A stretch of DNA of 64,000 nt. Origin: Nitrosopumilus sp. Its GTDB lineage: Archaea; Thermoproteota; Nitrososphaeria; Nitrososphaerales; Nitrosopumilaceae. Under the pieces are notes generated by a model. It was given only the letters and a program-made list of their open reading frames with translations, made no database searches and had not been told where the DNA came from. The DNA lies in assembly GCA_965205675.1 (NCBI GenBank), contig OZ242186.1, positions 320,001 to 384,000 of the forward strand, given 5' to 3'. A program made the translations under genes and the position numbers. Shown piece by piece: positions 49,239 through 58,944 of this stretch (position 1 is the first letter of the stretch; the number at the start of each line of letters is the position of its first letter).

Positions 49239-49703
49239 CTATTTAACAGTAAATGTTCCTTTAGTAGAGATGTTCTTTAGTTGTTTTGAGACTATTTGTA
49301 TGTCTATTTCATAAGAACCAGGAATATTAATAACCTTAGAAAACTGTTCTCCGACAGGAATAATTTTGCTTTCAGATTCATAGCATTGTTCAAAAAATCC
49401 GCCTTGAGTTATGACATTATCTCTACCAGAGGTATATATCGTGATGTAGAGATCTCCACAATTAAATGAAGAATCATTAATTCTAACTTGAATTTCAATA
49501 GGTTCTGCTGTAGTGTATTGTTTAGATAATCCGATTATTTCGATTGGTGAATTGTGAGAAATCTTTTCTCCAGAATGAGACATCGGCCACATATTCAACT
49601 CTCTATCAGGTTGTTGAAGGATATCAAATAATACTACTGAACCAAGTCCTAATGAGAAGATAACAGGTAAAACAAATACAATGAAAATTCGTTTAGTAGC
49701 CAT
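49239..49703 (-). CDS. Hypothetical membrane-anchored protein with beta-rich domain
   Basis: N-terminal TM segment and two Cys in 154 aa. Confidence 0.75.
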   Translation of the reverse strand: MATKRIFIVFVLPVIFSLGLGSVVLFDILQQPDRELNMWPMSHSGEKISHNSPIEIIGLSKQYTTAEPIEIQVRINDSSFNCGDLYITIYTSGRDNVITQGGFFEQCYESESKIIPVGEQFSKVINIPGSYEIDIQIVSKQLKNISTKGTFTVK

Positions 49704-49807
49704 TTTGTTTTAAAATCTTTAATTCCCTTATATCTATTTAGCAAAATTATAAAAATTAAGATCATTATGACGAATGAGTTAAATCGTAGTCAACTAAATA
49801 TCGCTAG

Positions 49808-51901
49808 ATGCGACTTAGAAAATTCAGAGTTAGGGCATATCGTTGCATTCATGATTCTGGAGAAATAACCGTTGGAGATTTGGCAGCTTTTGTGGGCAGA
49901 AATGAAAGTGGAAAAACTACCATTCTACAAGCACTGACTCTACTAAATCGAGATGAAGAAGTTTCAGAATTAGATCTTTGTGACGAAATGAATGATGAAT
50001 TAAAAGATGAAATAAAATTGGCAGAAGGCATATTTGATCTTAGCCAACATGAAATTAGCATCATCAAAGAAAAATTTCCGGGATTACCAGAAATTAAAAA
50101 AATTAAATTATTTAGAACAAATCAGAATCCTAGAGTACAATATGAGTTTGAAGATATTGAACTTGGTGAAGAGAACAATAAAGGGTTAAATTCATGGGAA
50201 AATTTTTCAAGACATATATTTGGATTTTTAGATACAATTCCAAATCATCTACGAATACAGATTAATACAAAATTCTTTGAAGAAGATGTTCCTAAAAATC
50301 GAGAACTGTTTGATAGTAAAATGGCAGAATTTAGCAATCAATTTCACGTAATAGCTATACAAGAACCCAAAGTAATTGAAGAATGGAAAAAAATCTATGA
50401 AAGCCCTGAAAACCAATTTTCAAATCTTCTAAGTGGAGAAAGTGAGGAAAAAGCATTACATAATTTTATTGCATCAGAATTACATCCAAGATTTGTATAC
50501 TTTTCAGATTATAAAAAAATCTATGGTAACATTAATCTTAACGAATATCTGAGAGACGAAAGAAGAGAACGCCCAGATTCAATTGAATTTATTGAAGAAT
50601 TTGATAAAGCAGAAACCGTGAGGAATCTATTTTATTTAGCTGAATTAGACATGAAAGAATTAGATGAAGTAAAAGAAAGTCCATCAAAATGTATCAAACT
50701 TCTCAATGCAGCAAGTAATAGATTAACAAAAAAATTAAACCCAGCTTGGAAAGGAGATCCTATTCATGTTGATTTAAGATATAATCCCGGAAATATAATG
50801 AGTGTTGTAATTTCAGATGTTCATAAAGATGGAACCATTACAAACACCGGTCTATTAAATAGAAGAGCTGAAGGATTCAAATGGACATTTTCATTTATTG
50901 TAAACTTTGCAGCTGAAACACAAAGGGCAGAATTAAAGGAAGCAATATTACTTTTAGATGAACCTGCAAGAAATTTACATCCTACTCAACAGATGGGAAT
51001 TTCAGATTTATTGAAAAATTTAGCAGGTTCAAATCAAGTATTGTATGCTACACATTCACCATTTATGATATTTGATTATACGCCAGGTAATTTGTTGGTT
51101 GTTGAATTAGACAAAAGAAAACACCTCAGTAGAATATTTTATGATTATTGGAATGCAGATGATAAAACATTAACACCTATTTTGTATGGATTGTGTAGAG
51201 GTCAAGTTGAATCTATTGTAGATAGAGAGATAGGAACAAACTCTAGACCAATTATCATAGTAGAAACAATGTCAGATGCAATGTATCTAAATGCGTTTGA
51301 TAAATTTTTACAAGATCCAAACATCTCAATGAATCCACTTAATGTGATTGCAGCATATAATAAAAATTCAGTTTTGCCTTTGGCGATATTTTATAGAAAT
51401 CATGGGTATAGAACATTTGTTTTACTGGATAATTCTGAGGAGTCTAAACAAATTTCTGCGCAATTAGTATCAAACGAATTTTCATCAATTCAAACTATCT
51501 TCTTTGAACGAGAGGGTAAAAAATTACAATCCATTGAAGATTATATATCTCTAGAGGATTACTTGTATCCAGTAAATCAAACTTATGAAATAAAATTAAG
51601 GCAAGAAGGTTTTTCGAATCTAACAGTTCAAGATATTGCAGCTAAAGAAGGAAAAGGAATATTAGAAAAACTGAGGAAAATATGGCAAGAGCACCGAGAG
51701 GATGATTGGGAAGAATTCGATAATGAAGAAATAACCCGATATATTTGTGAGAAAATAACCCTTGATGAAACTAGTTTCCTATCAGATAAAACCAAAGATC
51801 AATTTAGATCATTATACAGACTAATCGCTGAAAGAATCAGACAATATCAAAACGTAGTTGCAAAATCAGATTTAGACAAATTCCATAAAGGCAAAACCTA
51901 A
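49808..51901 (+). CDS. ABC-type ATPase + TOPRIM-like domain (OLD-family architecture)
   Basis: GRNESGKT, LLLDEP..LHP, ATHSPF, IIVETMSD and VLLDN motifs. Confidence 0.8.
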   Translation: MRLRKFRVRAYRCIHDSGEITVGDLAAFVGRNESGKTTILQALTLLNRDEEVSELDLCDEMNDELKDEIKLAEGIFDLSQHEISIIKEKFPGLPEIKKIKLFRTNQNPRVQYEFEDIELGEENNKGLNSWENFSRHIFGFLDTIPNHLRIQINTKFFEEDVPKNRELFDSKMAEFSNQFHVIAIQEPKVIEEWKKIYESPENQFSNLLSGESEEKALHNFIASELHPRFVYFSDYKKIYGNINLNEYLRDERRERPDSIEFIEEFDKAETVRNLFYLAELDMKELDEVKESPSKCIKLLNAASNRLTKKLNPAWKGDPIHVDLRYNPGNIMSVVISDVHKDGTITNTGLLNRRAEGFKWTFSFIVNFAAETQRAELKEAILLLDEPARNLHPTQQMGISDLLKNLAGSNQVLYATHSPFMIFDYTPGNLLVVELDKRKHLSRIFYDYWNADDKTLTPILYGLCRGQVESIVDREIGTNSRPIIIVETMSDAMYLNAFDKFLQDPNISMNPLNVIAAYNKNSVLPLAIFYRNHGYRTFVLLDNSEESKQISAQLVSNEFSSIQTIFFEREGKKLQSIEDYISLEDYLYPVNQTYEIKLRQEGFSNLTVQDIAAKEGKGILEKLRKIWQEHREDDWEEFDNEEITRYICEKITLDETSFLSDKTKDQFRSLYRLIAERIRQYQNVVAKSDLDKFHKGKT

Positions 51902-51974
51902 GATTTAAGAAGTTTACTCATGACAGATACCAAATTAAGAAATAAAAAAACGAGGGAAATGGTTTAAGTGAGAG

Positions 51975-54137
51975 ATGACAAAATTTAACAATATGACTAG
52001 ATCCTCTAGTAGAGAAATTTTCCTTTCAATAATATTATTGACATCCATCATTATGATTACAATACCATCAAGTGTTTACGGAGAAAAAATTTCAGTTACA
52101 AATGTTGCATTAGAAGAAACATCATTATTGGAATTAACAAATGAATCAAATGAAGAAATTAATACCTTAAGACTCTGGCTTGAAAATGATTTTAATTTCA
52201 AATCCTATAAAACTGAAAAAGGATGGACAGGTGAAAAAAACCTACAAGGAGTAATTGTTTTTACATCCTCTGAGCCAATTAAACTAGGAGAATCAGTAAA
52301 GTTTGGGGTAAAAACTAACAAACCCACTTCAGGAATAAATTGGAAAGCACTTGATGAAAAAGATACGCAAGTAGATATAGGAATATCTATTGCAAAAGAA
52401 TTACCACAAATAATCAAAAAGGGAGACCTAGAAAAAAATTCAGAAGCGCCTGGAAAAAGCATAATGAATGAATCAGCATTCAAAATAATTCCAAAAGATC
52501 CAAAGGTAGGTGCATCAATTAGAGTTACAGGAGATAATTTTGGAACACTACAAGCATTTGATTTTTACATTGATTCCGAAAAACTAGGCGTTTTTGAAAC
52601 AGATGAAAACGGTCATTTTATGACCACAATGAAAATTCCAGATAATCAAAAAGCAGATAGGGCAGATTTTAAGATCATAGCAAAAGACGGAGAAGAGAAA
52701 AAAATCAGCATTAGAATAGGAGAAAATATAGCCAACAGAATTGAAATAGATGAAATTATTCCATTAACGATTAAAGGAATCCCAAGTATAATTCACAGAG
52801 GAGACTTCTTAGAAGTATCAGGTACAGGAGATCCACATGGTGCAATAACTGCAGATATTACTGCACCAGATGGAAATGTGATTAATTCAAGAACAGCAGC
52901 GATAGACAGTAAAGGAAATTGGGAGGTAGAAGAACCAATATTGGTACCAATAGATACGCCATTTGGCAACTATAGTGCAATAATTTCTGATGGGAGAGAC
53001 AGTAAGACGATTCACTGGACAGTAGAATCCAATAAAAAAATTATCATAATTCCAACAAATTTAAAAATTGACAAAGGAGAAATCATGAAATTTAACGGTA
53101 CTGCCATACCAAATCAACAAATCGAAATAGTATTAGAAGACCCACTTGGAAAAGAAGTTATTTCAGATGTCATACAAGTTGATGATTCTGGCGTTATAGA
53201 GTTTGAATTCCCAACTACATTAAATACATCAGTAGGAACATACACATTAATTGCAACACAAGGTAAAGAAAAAGAATTTGCCTATGCAGGTATTGAAACA
53301 ATCCCAATAATTCCAGTTAATATAGAATTTGATAAATTAAATTACAAATCAGGAGAAACTGCAATAATTACGTTATCTGGAGAAGCATCAGAAATTATTA
53401 GTTTACTAATAATAAATCCTTCAGACAAACCAATTGATGATCCAATATCAATTACATTACAACCAGATGGACGCAGTACACATACTATAGAACTAAAAGA
53501 ATATGCGTCTGGAGTATATACTGCTGTGGCCAGCAAAGGCAGTACTCAAAGTACAGAAATTTTTACAGTGGGTTTAGTTACAGGTTCAGGTGAAATTAAA
53601 ATTAACACAACAAAGCCAGAGTACCATCCAGGAGATCCGATATTAATTTTAGGCAATACGGGAGCCAATGTCCTTCTTACAATTACTATGACTGATATAA
53701 ATGGAAATGTGGTTAAAGAAAGAGAGACATTTTCAGACAAAACTGGAAAGATTTCTGAGGCGTCATTTAGAATTCCATCAGAAGCAACCTCAGGTATATG
53801 GACAATCAAGGCAAAGAGTGGGTCAAACTATTACGATTTAGAAATTGAAGTATTAGGAATTGCAGCAGATGGAATGTTAGTGTCAGTTGAATTTAGTCCA
53901 AAATTAGATGGGATTAATGATTTCATAAATATTCATGTTGTTGGGGCATCAAACTCAGTTAAAATCGATATCATAACAGATGACGGAGAAATTATTGAAC
54001 CACTCTCATTCCCAGCATCACAAGATGGAGTAATCGATCAACCGTGGAAGATTCCTAAAGATATTGCGCCAGGAACATATACTGTTAAAGCAACAGATGC
54101 ATTCAATAGTGCTGAAACAACCTTTGACATTACATAA
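51975..54137 (+). CDS. Large secreted protein with tandem Ig-like/beta-sandwich repeats
   Basis: Signal peptide and repeated G-x-Y/W-T modules (GNYSA, GTYTL, GVYTA, GIWTI, GTYTV). Confidence 0.85.
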   Translation: MTKFNNMTRSSSREIFLSIILLTSIIMITIPSSVYGEKISVTNVALEETSLLELTNESNEEINTLRLWLENDFNFKSYKTEKGWTGEKNLQGVIVFTSSEPIKLGESVKFGVKTNKPTSGINWKALDEKDTQVDIGISIAKELPQIIKKGDLEKNSEAPGKSIMNESAFKIIPKDPKVGASIRVTGDNFGTLQAFDFYIDSEKLGVFETDENGHFMTTMKIPDNQKADRADFKIIAKDGEEKKISIRIGENIANRIEIDEIIPLTIKGIPSIIHRGDFLEVSGTGDPHGAITADITAPDGNVINSRTAAIDSKGNWEVEEPILVPIDTPFGNYSAIISDGRDSKTIHWTVESNKKIIIIPTNLKIDKGEIMKFNGTAIPNQQIEIVLEDPLGKEVISDVIQVDDSGVIEFEFPTTLNTSVGTYTLIATQGKEKEFAYAGIETIPIIPVNIEFDKLNYKSGETAIITLSGEASEIISLLIINPSDKPIDDPISITLQPDGRSTHTIELKEYASGVYTAVASKGSTQSTEIFTVGLVTGSGEIKINTTKPEYHPGDPILILGNTGANVLLTITMTDINGNVVKERETFSDKTGKISEASFRIPSEATSGIWTIKAKSGSNYYDLEIEVLGIAADGMLVSVEFSPKLDGINDFINIHVVGASNSVKIDIITDDGEIIEPLSFPASQDGVIDQPWKIPKDIAPGTYTVKATDAFNSAETTFDIT

Positions 54138-54176
54138 TATCAAACAATTTTATTTTACTTAATTGAATAAGAAGTA

Positions 54177-54689
54177 ATGAATTTGAAAGACAAGATAGTA
54201 GATTATCCTAATTTCCCTAAAAAAGGAATTTTGTTTAGAGATTTTAGTCCAATTTTAAAAGATCCATCAGCATTATCATATGTTGTAGATGAATTTTCAA
54301 AATATTTTCATCCAAAAGATATTGACGTGTTTGCAGGAATCGAATCAAGGGGATTCATCATAGCCTCAATTTTAGCCTCAAGATACAACAAAGGCATGGT
54401 AATGATAAGAAAAGCAGGGAAATTGCCTGGTAAAACCGCCAAATTAGCATATACAATAGAATATGGGAAAGACACCATAGAGATACAAAAAGACATCATC
54501 AAAGAAGGAGAAAAAGTGCTCATTTGTGATGATTTACTTGCAACTGGAGGAACTGCTAAAGCATCTGCAAAATTAATTGAGAAAATAGGCGGAAACATAG
54601 TAGGATTTGCATTCATCATTGAACTAGTTGATCTTAACGGAATCAAAGGAATTAGCAAATACACTTCTAAATCATTGGTGAAATATTAA
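54177..54689 (+). CDS. apt: Adenine phosphoribosyltransferase
   Basis: [24 protein letters not shown] and DDLLATGGT motifs. Confidence 0.95.
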   Translation: MNLKDKIVDYPNFPKKGILFRDFSPILKDPSALSYVVDEFSKYFHPKDIDVFAGIESRGFIIASILASRYNKGMVMIRKAGKLPGKTAKLAYTIEYGKDTIEIQKDIIKEGEKVLICDDLLATGGTAKASAKLIEKIGGNIVGFAFIIELVDLNGIKGISKYTSKSLVKY

Positions 54690-55480
54690 TGGAAAAAGAT
54701 GTAGAGATTGGAATTCTTGGAGGTACAGGAATTTATGATTCAGGTTTACTTGAAAATACACAAGAAATTGACGTAGATACACCGTATGGAAAACCTTCAG
54801 ATACTATTACTGTAGGAATGTTCCAAGGGAGGAAAATTGCATTTCTTCCAAGACATGGAAAAAAACACAGCATACCACCACATAAAATCAATTTCAAAGC
54901 AAATATTTGGGCATTCAAAGAATTAGGGATTACCAGAATTATTGCACCATCAGCAGTAGGAAGTTTAAAAGAAGAATTAGCTCCCGGTGATTTTGCATTA
55001 CCAACACAATTCTTAGATTTTACAAAATCACGAGATGGTTCATTTGCAGAAGATCAAAGAGTAATCCATATTTCTGTGGCTGATCCGTTTTGCCCAGAAT
55101 TGCAATCATCAATTCTTCAAGTTACAGATAGCCAAAATCTGAATATACATAAAGATTGTACATATGTCTGCATAGAAGGACCAAGATTTTCAACCAAAGC
55201 TGAATCAAAGTTTTACAGAACAACGGGTGCAGACATTATAGGCATGACATTAGTTCCAGAATGTCAACTAGCAAGGGAAGCCCAAATGTGTTATGCTTCA
55301 ATTTCAACGGTGACCGATTATGATGTATGGGCTGAAAAACCCGTGACAGCTAAAGAAGTGCTTGAAACACTTTCAAAAAATGTAGAAAAAACAAAGAAAA
55401 TATTTGTTGAATTAATTGATAAAATTCCTAAAACAAGAACATGTTCATGTGCAAAGGCACTAGAAGAAGCAGAATTTTAA
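54689..55480 (+). CDS. mtnP: S-methyl-5'-thioadenosine phosphorylase
   Basis: [25 protein letters not shown] and VTDYD motifs. Confidence 0.93.
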   Translation: MEKDVEIGILGGTGIYDSGLLENTQEIDVDTPYGKPSDTITVGMFQGRKIAFLPRHGKKHSIPPHKINFKANIWAFKELGITRIIAPSAVGSLKEELAPGDFALPTQFLDFTKSRDGSFAEDQRVIHISVADPFCPELQSSILQVTDSQNLNIHKDCTYVCIEGPRFSTKAESKFYRTTGADIIGMTLVPECQLAREAQMCYASISTVTDYDVWAEKPVTAKEVLETLSKNVEKTKKIFVELIDKIPKTRTCSCAKALEEAEF

Positions 55481-55761
55481 TCGTCAACAAATGACTCTTT
55501 TTTGAGTCCTTCTGGAAGAGTCAAATCACCTTGTAAAAGATTACTTTGGAGAGAATCTATAACTTCATCAACATCATATTCCAATTTTTCTAATTCCTTT
55601 TCAGTAGTTTGAGATAATTTTGCACTAATATTTTGCCCACCTATTCTACCAAATGCAATAGCTGTAAAACGAAACTTGTTTTCATCTACGATGAAGTTAC
55701 CTGTAATTTTTGCAGCCATTTGGCTTCCATGAATATTATTAATATGAACTTTAAGATCCAT
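55477..55761 (-). CDS. Hypothetical protein
   Basis: 94-aa ORF with [11 protein letters not shown], in a co-oriented cluster. Confidence 0.75.
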   Translation of the reverse strand: MDLKVHINNIHGSQMAAKITGNFIVDENKFRFTAIAFGRIGGQNISAKLSQTTEKELEKLEYDVDEVIDSLQSNLLQGDLTLPEGLKKESFVDD

Positions 55762-55769
55762 TATACAAA

Positions 55770-56168
55770 TTAAATTTCTACAGCTTTGTTAACATTGTCA
55801 TCAATTAGAAAACTCCAATGTTTGTCATCTTCGATTTTGAAATCATTTACTTTTAGAGGAATTGTTTTTTCATCTAAACATTCATGTTTGATTTCTCCAT
55901 TTTCTTTTAATTTTACCAATTTCCATTTGTATTTCCCCTGTTGTAATTTACACACATTAACACCCCACTTTGCATCAGGATCAATTTTTGGCATACCTAC
56001 TAAATCAGCGATCTCTTCAATTCCAAGTTGTTTTTCTTCACAAAATTTTTTTTTACAAACACCACATCGCCAAACATCAACAGAACCTATAGTTTTTTCA
56101 TCAATGTTGATATTTACTACACCAAAATAAACTGGCTGATGTTTACATGTCACAGTATCAACGCTCAA
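55770..56168 (-). CDS. Hypothetical protein with Cys/His motifs
   Basis: CKH...WRCGVCKKKFC. Confidence 0.75.
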   Translation of the reverse strand: MSVDTVTCKHQPVYFGVVNINIDEKTIGSVDVWRCGVCKKKFCEEKQLGIEEIADLVGMPKIDPDAKWGVNVCKLQQGKYKWKLVKLKENGEIKHECLDEKTIPLKVNDFKIEDDKHWSFLIDDNVNKAVEI

Positions 56169-56190
56169 TGTTGTTCACCAGATATTAGTA

Positions 56191-56544
56191 TTATTTAGTT
56201 CTTGCATCATCATAGGGTTTTTCTAAGATCGCCCCAATGTTATCTACGATCTTATTTCTCTTAAATTCGATATTTTCTCGCTCGCACATCTTTCTATACA
56301 TATTGACTGCAGTAAATCTAGGATGCATTGCCTCAAACTCAGTTGTGCTTATACTAATAAAAGCACCCAATGACATTAAATCTTTAGATGCTTTTTTAGC
56401 ATCATCAATTGAAAGATGTAATTTTTCAGCGATTTTTTTAGATGACATTTTTCCATAACAAGTTACTAACAAATATACTCTTGTTTGAATTAAATCTAAG
56501 TGTAATTCAGATATAAGTTCATTTTCGATTTCTGTATAAGACAT
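56191..56544 (-). CDS. TrmB-like winged-helix protein
   Basis: RVYLLVTCYGKMSSKKIAEKLHLS...FEAMHP. Confidence 0.7.
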   Translation of the reverse strand: MSYTEIENELISELHLDLIQTRVYLLVTCYGKMSSKKIAEKLHLSIDDAKKASKDLMSLGAFISISTTEFEAMHPRFTAVNMYRKMCERENIEFKRNKIVDNIGAILEKPYDDARTK

Positions 56545-56589
56545 TATTTTTAAAATAAATCATAACAACATAAAACATAATCTATGGAA

Positions 56590-56823
56590 TTACTTTTTGA
56601 CAAGAATTTTCCTAGCAATCTTTAAAGAAAACCCCATTGCAATAAAATGAACAATAGCACCTATAATTGCAGCATAAATCAAATTATCTAAAATAATCCA
56701 TGAAAGAAGAAAAAATAGAATGGATGGAACTGTGATAATAGCTGCAATAATTGCTCCTTTAAGAGCAATTTCTCTCATCGTAAGTTTAGTTGATTTATCA
56801 TTAGACAATAGGTAGAAATTCAA
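56590..56823 (-). CDS. Small two-TM membrane protein (start uncertain)
   Basis: Two hydrophobic helices. Confidence 0.65.
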   Translation of the reverse strand: MNFYLLSNDKSTKLTMREIALKGAIIAAIITVPSILFFLLSWIILDNLIYAAIIGAIVHFIAMGFSLKIARKILVKK

Positions 56824-56849
56824 AATTGGTAATAAAAACCAAAGATACT

Positions 56850-57273
56850 TTCGTTGATTGAACTCAAAAAAGTATGGTCAAATTGCTGTTTTTAAGATAA
56901 TCATGATTGGTTTAAGGTAATAATGAATGTTCTTTGAATTTATCAATGATTTTCAAAAGAAGTACTGTAGCTCATTTAGAATCCATACGTACTTTCTCTA
57001 TTAGTTGATTTGCCCCATCTTCAAAGTCTGCAGTAGGATAATTGTAGTTGATTCCTCTTTCCTTTGGTATATTTTCTAGATGTCGCAATCTATGATTTTC
57101 TTCTTCTATTTTCTGAGGATTATCTTTTAGTACATATCTTAACATATTACACAAAACACGCTTTAATCTTCTCCCATAATCTTTTTTGGTATATTCAGAA
57201 TCAATCAAACTAAAAAACGTCTGAACTACTGAATCTCGTAGTTCAGTTTTTCTTCTGGTTTAATTGGATTCAT
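56850..57273 (-). pseudogene. N-terminal remnant of a Nitrososphaerota-type tyrosine integrase
   Basis: MNPIKPEE/frameshift/DSVVQTFFSLIDSEYTKKDYGRRLKRVLC...FEDGANQLIEKVRMDSK*A...KFKEHSLLP*TNHDYL. No catalytic domain. Confidence 0.55.
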
Positions 57274-57339
57274 GACTAGGAATAAATTAAAATATTATTT
57301 ATTGAGTAACATTATCAAGAAGCCAAAGATACTTTATAT

Positions 57340-57822
57340 TTGGCAGAACTCAATTTTTACTGTTTGGCAAGTTACAAAGGAGCATATTCAAATGATCAAT
57401 CATTAAATTTTATAATTCCTATTATTGTAATTGTATTTTTAGGAATAATCTACATGATGACACAAAGAGTAGATTCAGGATTTGTGAGTTTTATTCTAAT
57501 CGGAACAGCAGCAATTACAATGTTTTACTGGGTTAAAGTTCTGAAAAAAATGGCTAAAGATCAAAAACCCGTTTACACTCAAGCAGGAGAACAAGAGACA
57601 AAAAATTGGGTTTATGATTTAATCAAAGGAGAAGGAGAATTTGTTTTTGTGGCCGAAGTGCCAGGACCAGAAGATAAAATTACAGTAAGATTAGTAGATA
57701 GTATTTTATACATCAGAGGCACTGGAGGATTCTCCAAAGAAGTTCCAATAGAGGGAGTTAATGAAATGCAAATCTTTGATTTCAAATATAGAAATGGCGT
57801 ATTGACACTACGAATAAAATAA
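57340..57822 (+). CDS. Hsp20/alpha-crystallin domain protein with two N-terminal TM helices
   Basis: VFVAEVPG and FKYRNGVLTLRI motifs. Confidence 0.82.
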   Translation: MAELNFYCLASYKGAYSNDQSLNFIIPIIVIVFLGIIYMMTQRVDSGFVSFILIGTAAITMFYWVKVLKKMAKDQKPVYTQAGEQETKNWVYDLIKGEGEFVFVAEVPGPEDKITVRLVDSILYIRGTGGFSKEVPIEGVNEMQIFDFKYRNGVLTLRIK

Positions 57823-58944
57823 CTAAAGACTTTTTGCCAATTCTAATTTTTGTGGCAAGTATTTGTCAGTAATGTTTGTTAAGCCATATTTTGAGAAAGC
57901 CTCAAGCTCTGCTTTTCTTTTTAGTCTAAGAAATACATCAAGTTCTTTTTTCCAAATTCCATCTTGATATCGTGGATCTTTTTGAAGATCATAACATCGT
58001 TTTATGTCAGATTCAGTCATTGGTATTGTCGGCAACTTATATTTTTCAATATCTGTAGCCCACACTCCAACCCATTTTGCATCAGGAACTGTAAGTTCTC
58101 TAAGATGAGCAGCATTAGCAGAACCTGATTTTATGACCATTGCAATATGTTCTCCATATACATCTCCATCTGTTAAAACAATTACAGGTAATTTCATTTC
58201 ATCATGAAGTCGTTTTAGCAAAGTACGAGTTGAACGTGGGGCCTGTCCGCCTGTATTAATAATAATCGATTTGAATTTTTTATCAATTTGTTCTTCAACA
58301 AATCTTGTGAAAAGACCACCTTTTTCAATAGCAATAACAATTTCTGCACTAGTATCAACTAGTTCAGCAGTTGTCAAACTAGGTCCTATCGAATAGCCAT
58401 CAGGGTGATTAGATAAATTCATAGTTTTTCCCTCATAACCCGGAATAGTATATTCTATATTCAAATCCCCGAAAATAGAACTTCTCTCTTCAGGAAATAT
58501 GTGAAAATCTTCTCTGGGTTTTGAAGTTACCGCCTCTAAATCTACAATAATGTTATCTGATTCAGATTGATCTTCAAATTCAATAGTGAAAGCTTGAGAT
58601 GAATAATAAACATCTCTTAATGTGGATGATTTTTTTTCATGAGTCAATCTGTTTGCAAAAAATGCCAACCATATTAATTGTGTAAAAGATCTCAGCTGTG
58701 CAGAATTTCTTGAACTTCTTACAGCGGCATTACTTCCTAAAACATACTGTCTTAGTTGTTTATCATAAACAATATTACTTACTGATCTACTAGGTATTGA
58801 AAATTTTGGAAATTGCCCATTATCTAAATCGTCATAAATTGTTGCACCGTGACTTTTGAGCATTTCAAGTATGTTCTTTTGTTTTTCATCAGCTTTTTTG
58901 CTCCGTTCTTTAATTTTGGTTTGTTCTTTTTTACTTGTTTTCAA
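57823..58944 (-). CDS. top6A: DNA topoisomerase VI subunit A
   Basis: TLRDVYY, AIEKGG, DGDVYG and KAELEA motifs. Confidence 0.95.
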   Translation of the reverse strand: MKTSKKEQTKIKERSKKADEKQKNILEMLKSHGATIYDDLDNGQFPKFSIPSRSVSNIVYDKQLRQYVLGSNAAVRSSRNSAQLRSFTQLIWLAFFANRLTHEKKSSTLRDVYYSSQAFTIEFEDQSESDNIIVDLEAVTSKPREDFHIFPEERSSIFGDLNIEYTIPGYEGKTMNLSNHPDGYSIGPSLTTAELVDTSAEIVIAIEKGGLFTRFVEEQIDKKFKSIIINTGGQAPRSTRTLLKRLHDEMKLPVIVLTDGDVYGEHIAMVIKSGSANAAHLRELTVPDAKWVGVWATDIEKYKLPTIPMTESDIKRCYDLQKDPRYQDGIWKKELDVFLRLKRKAELEAFSKYGLTNITDKYLPQKLELAKSL

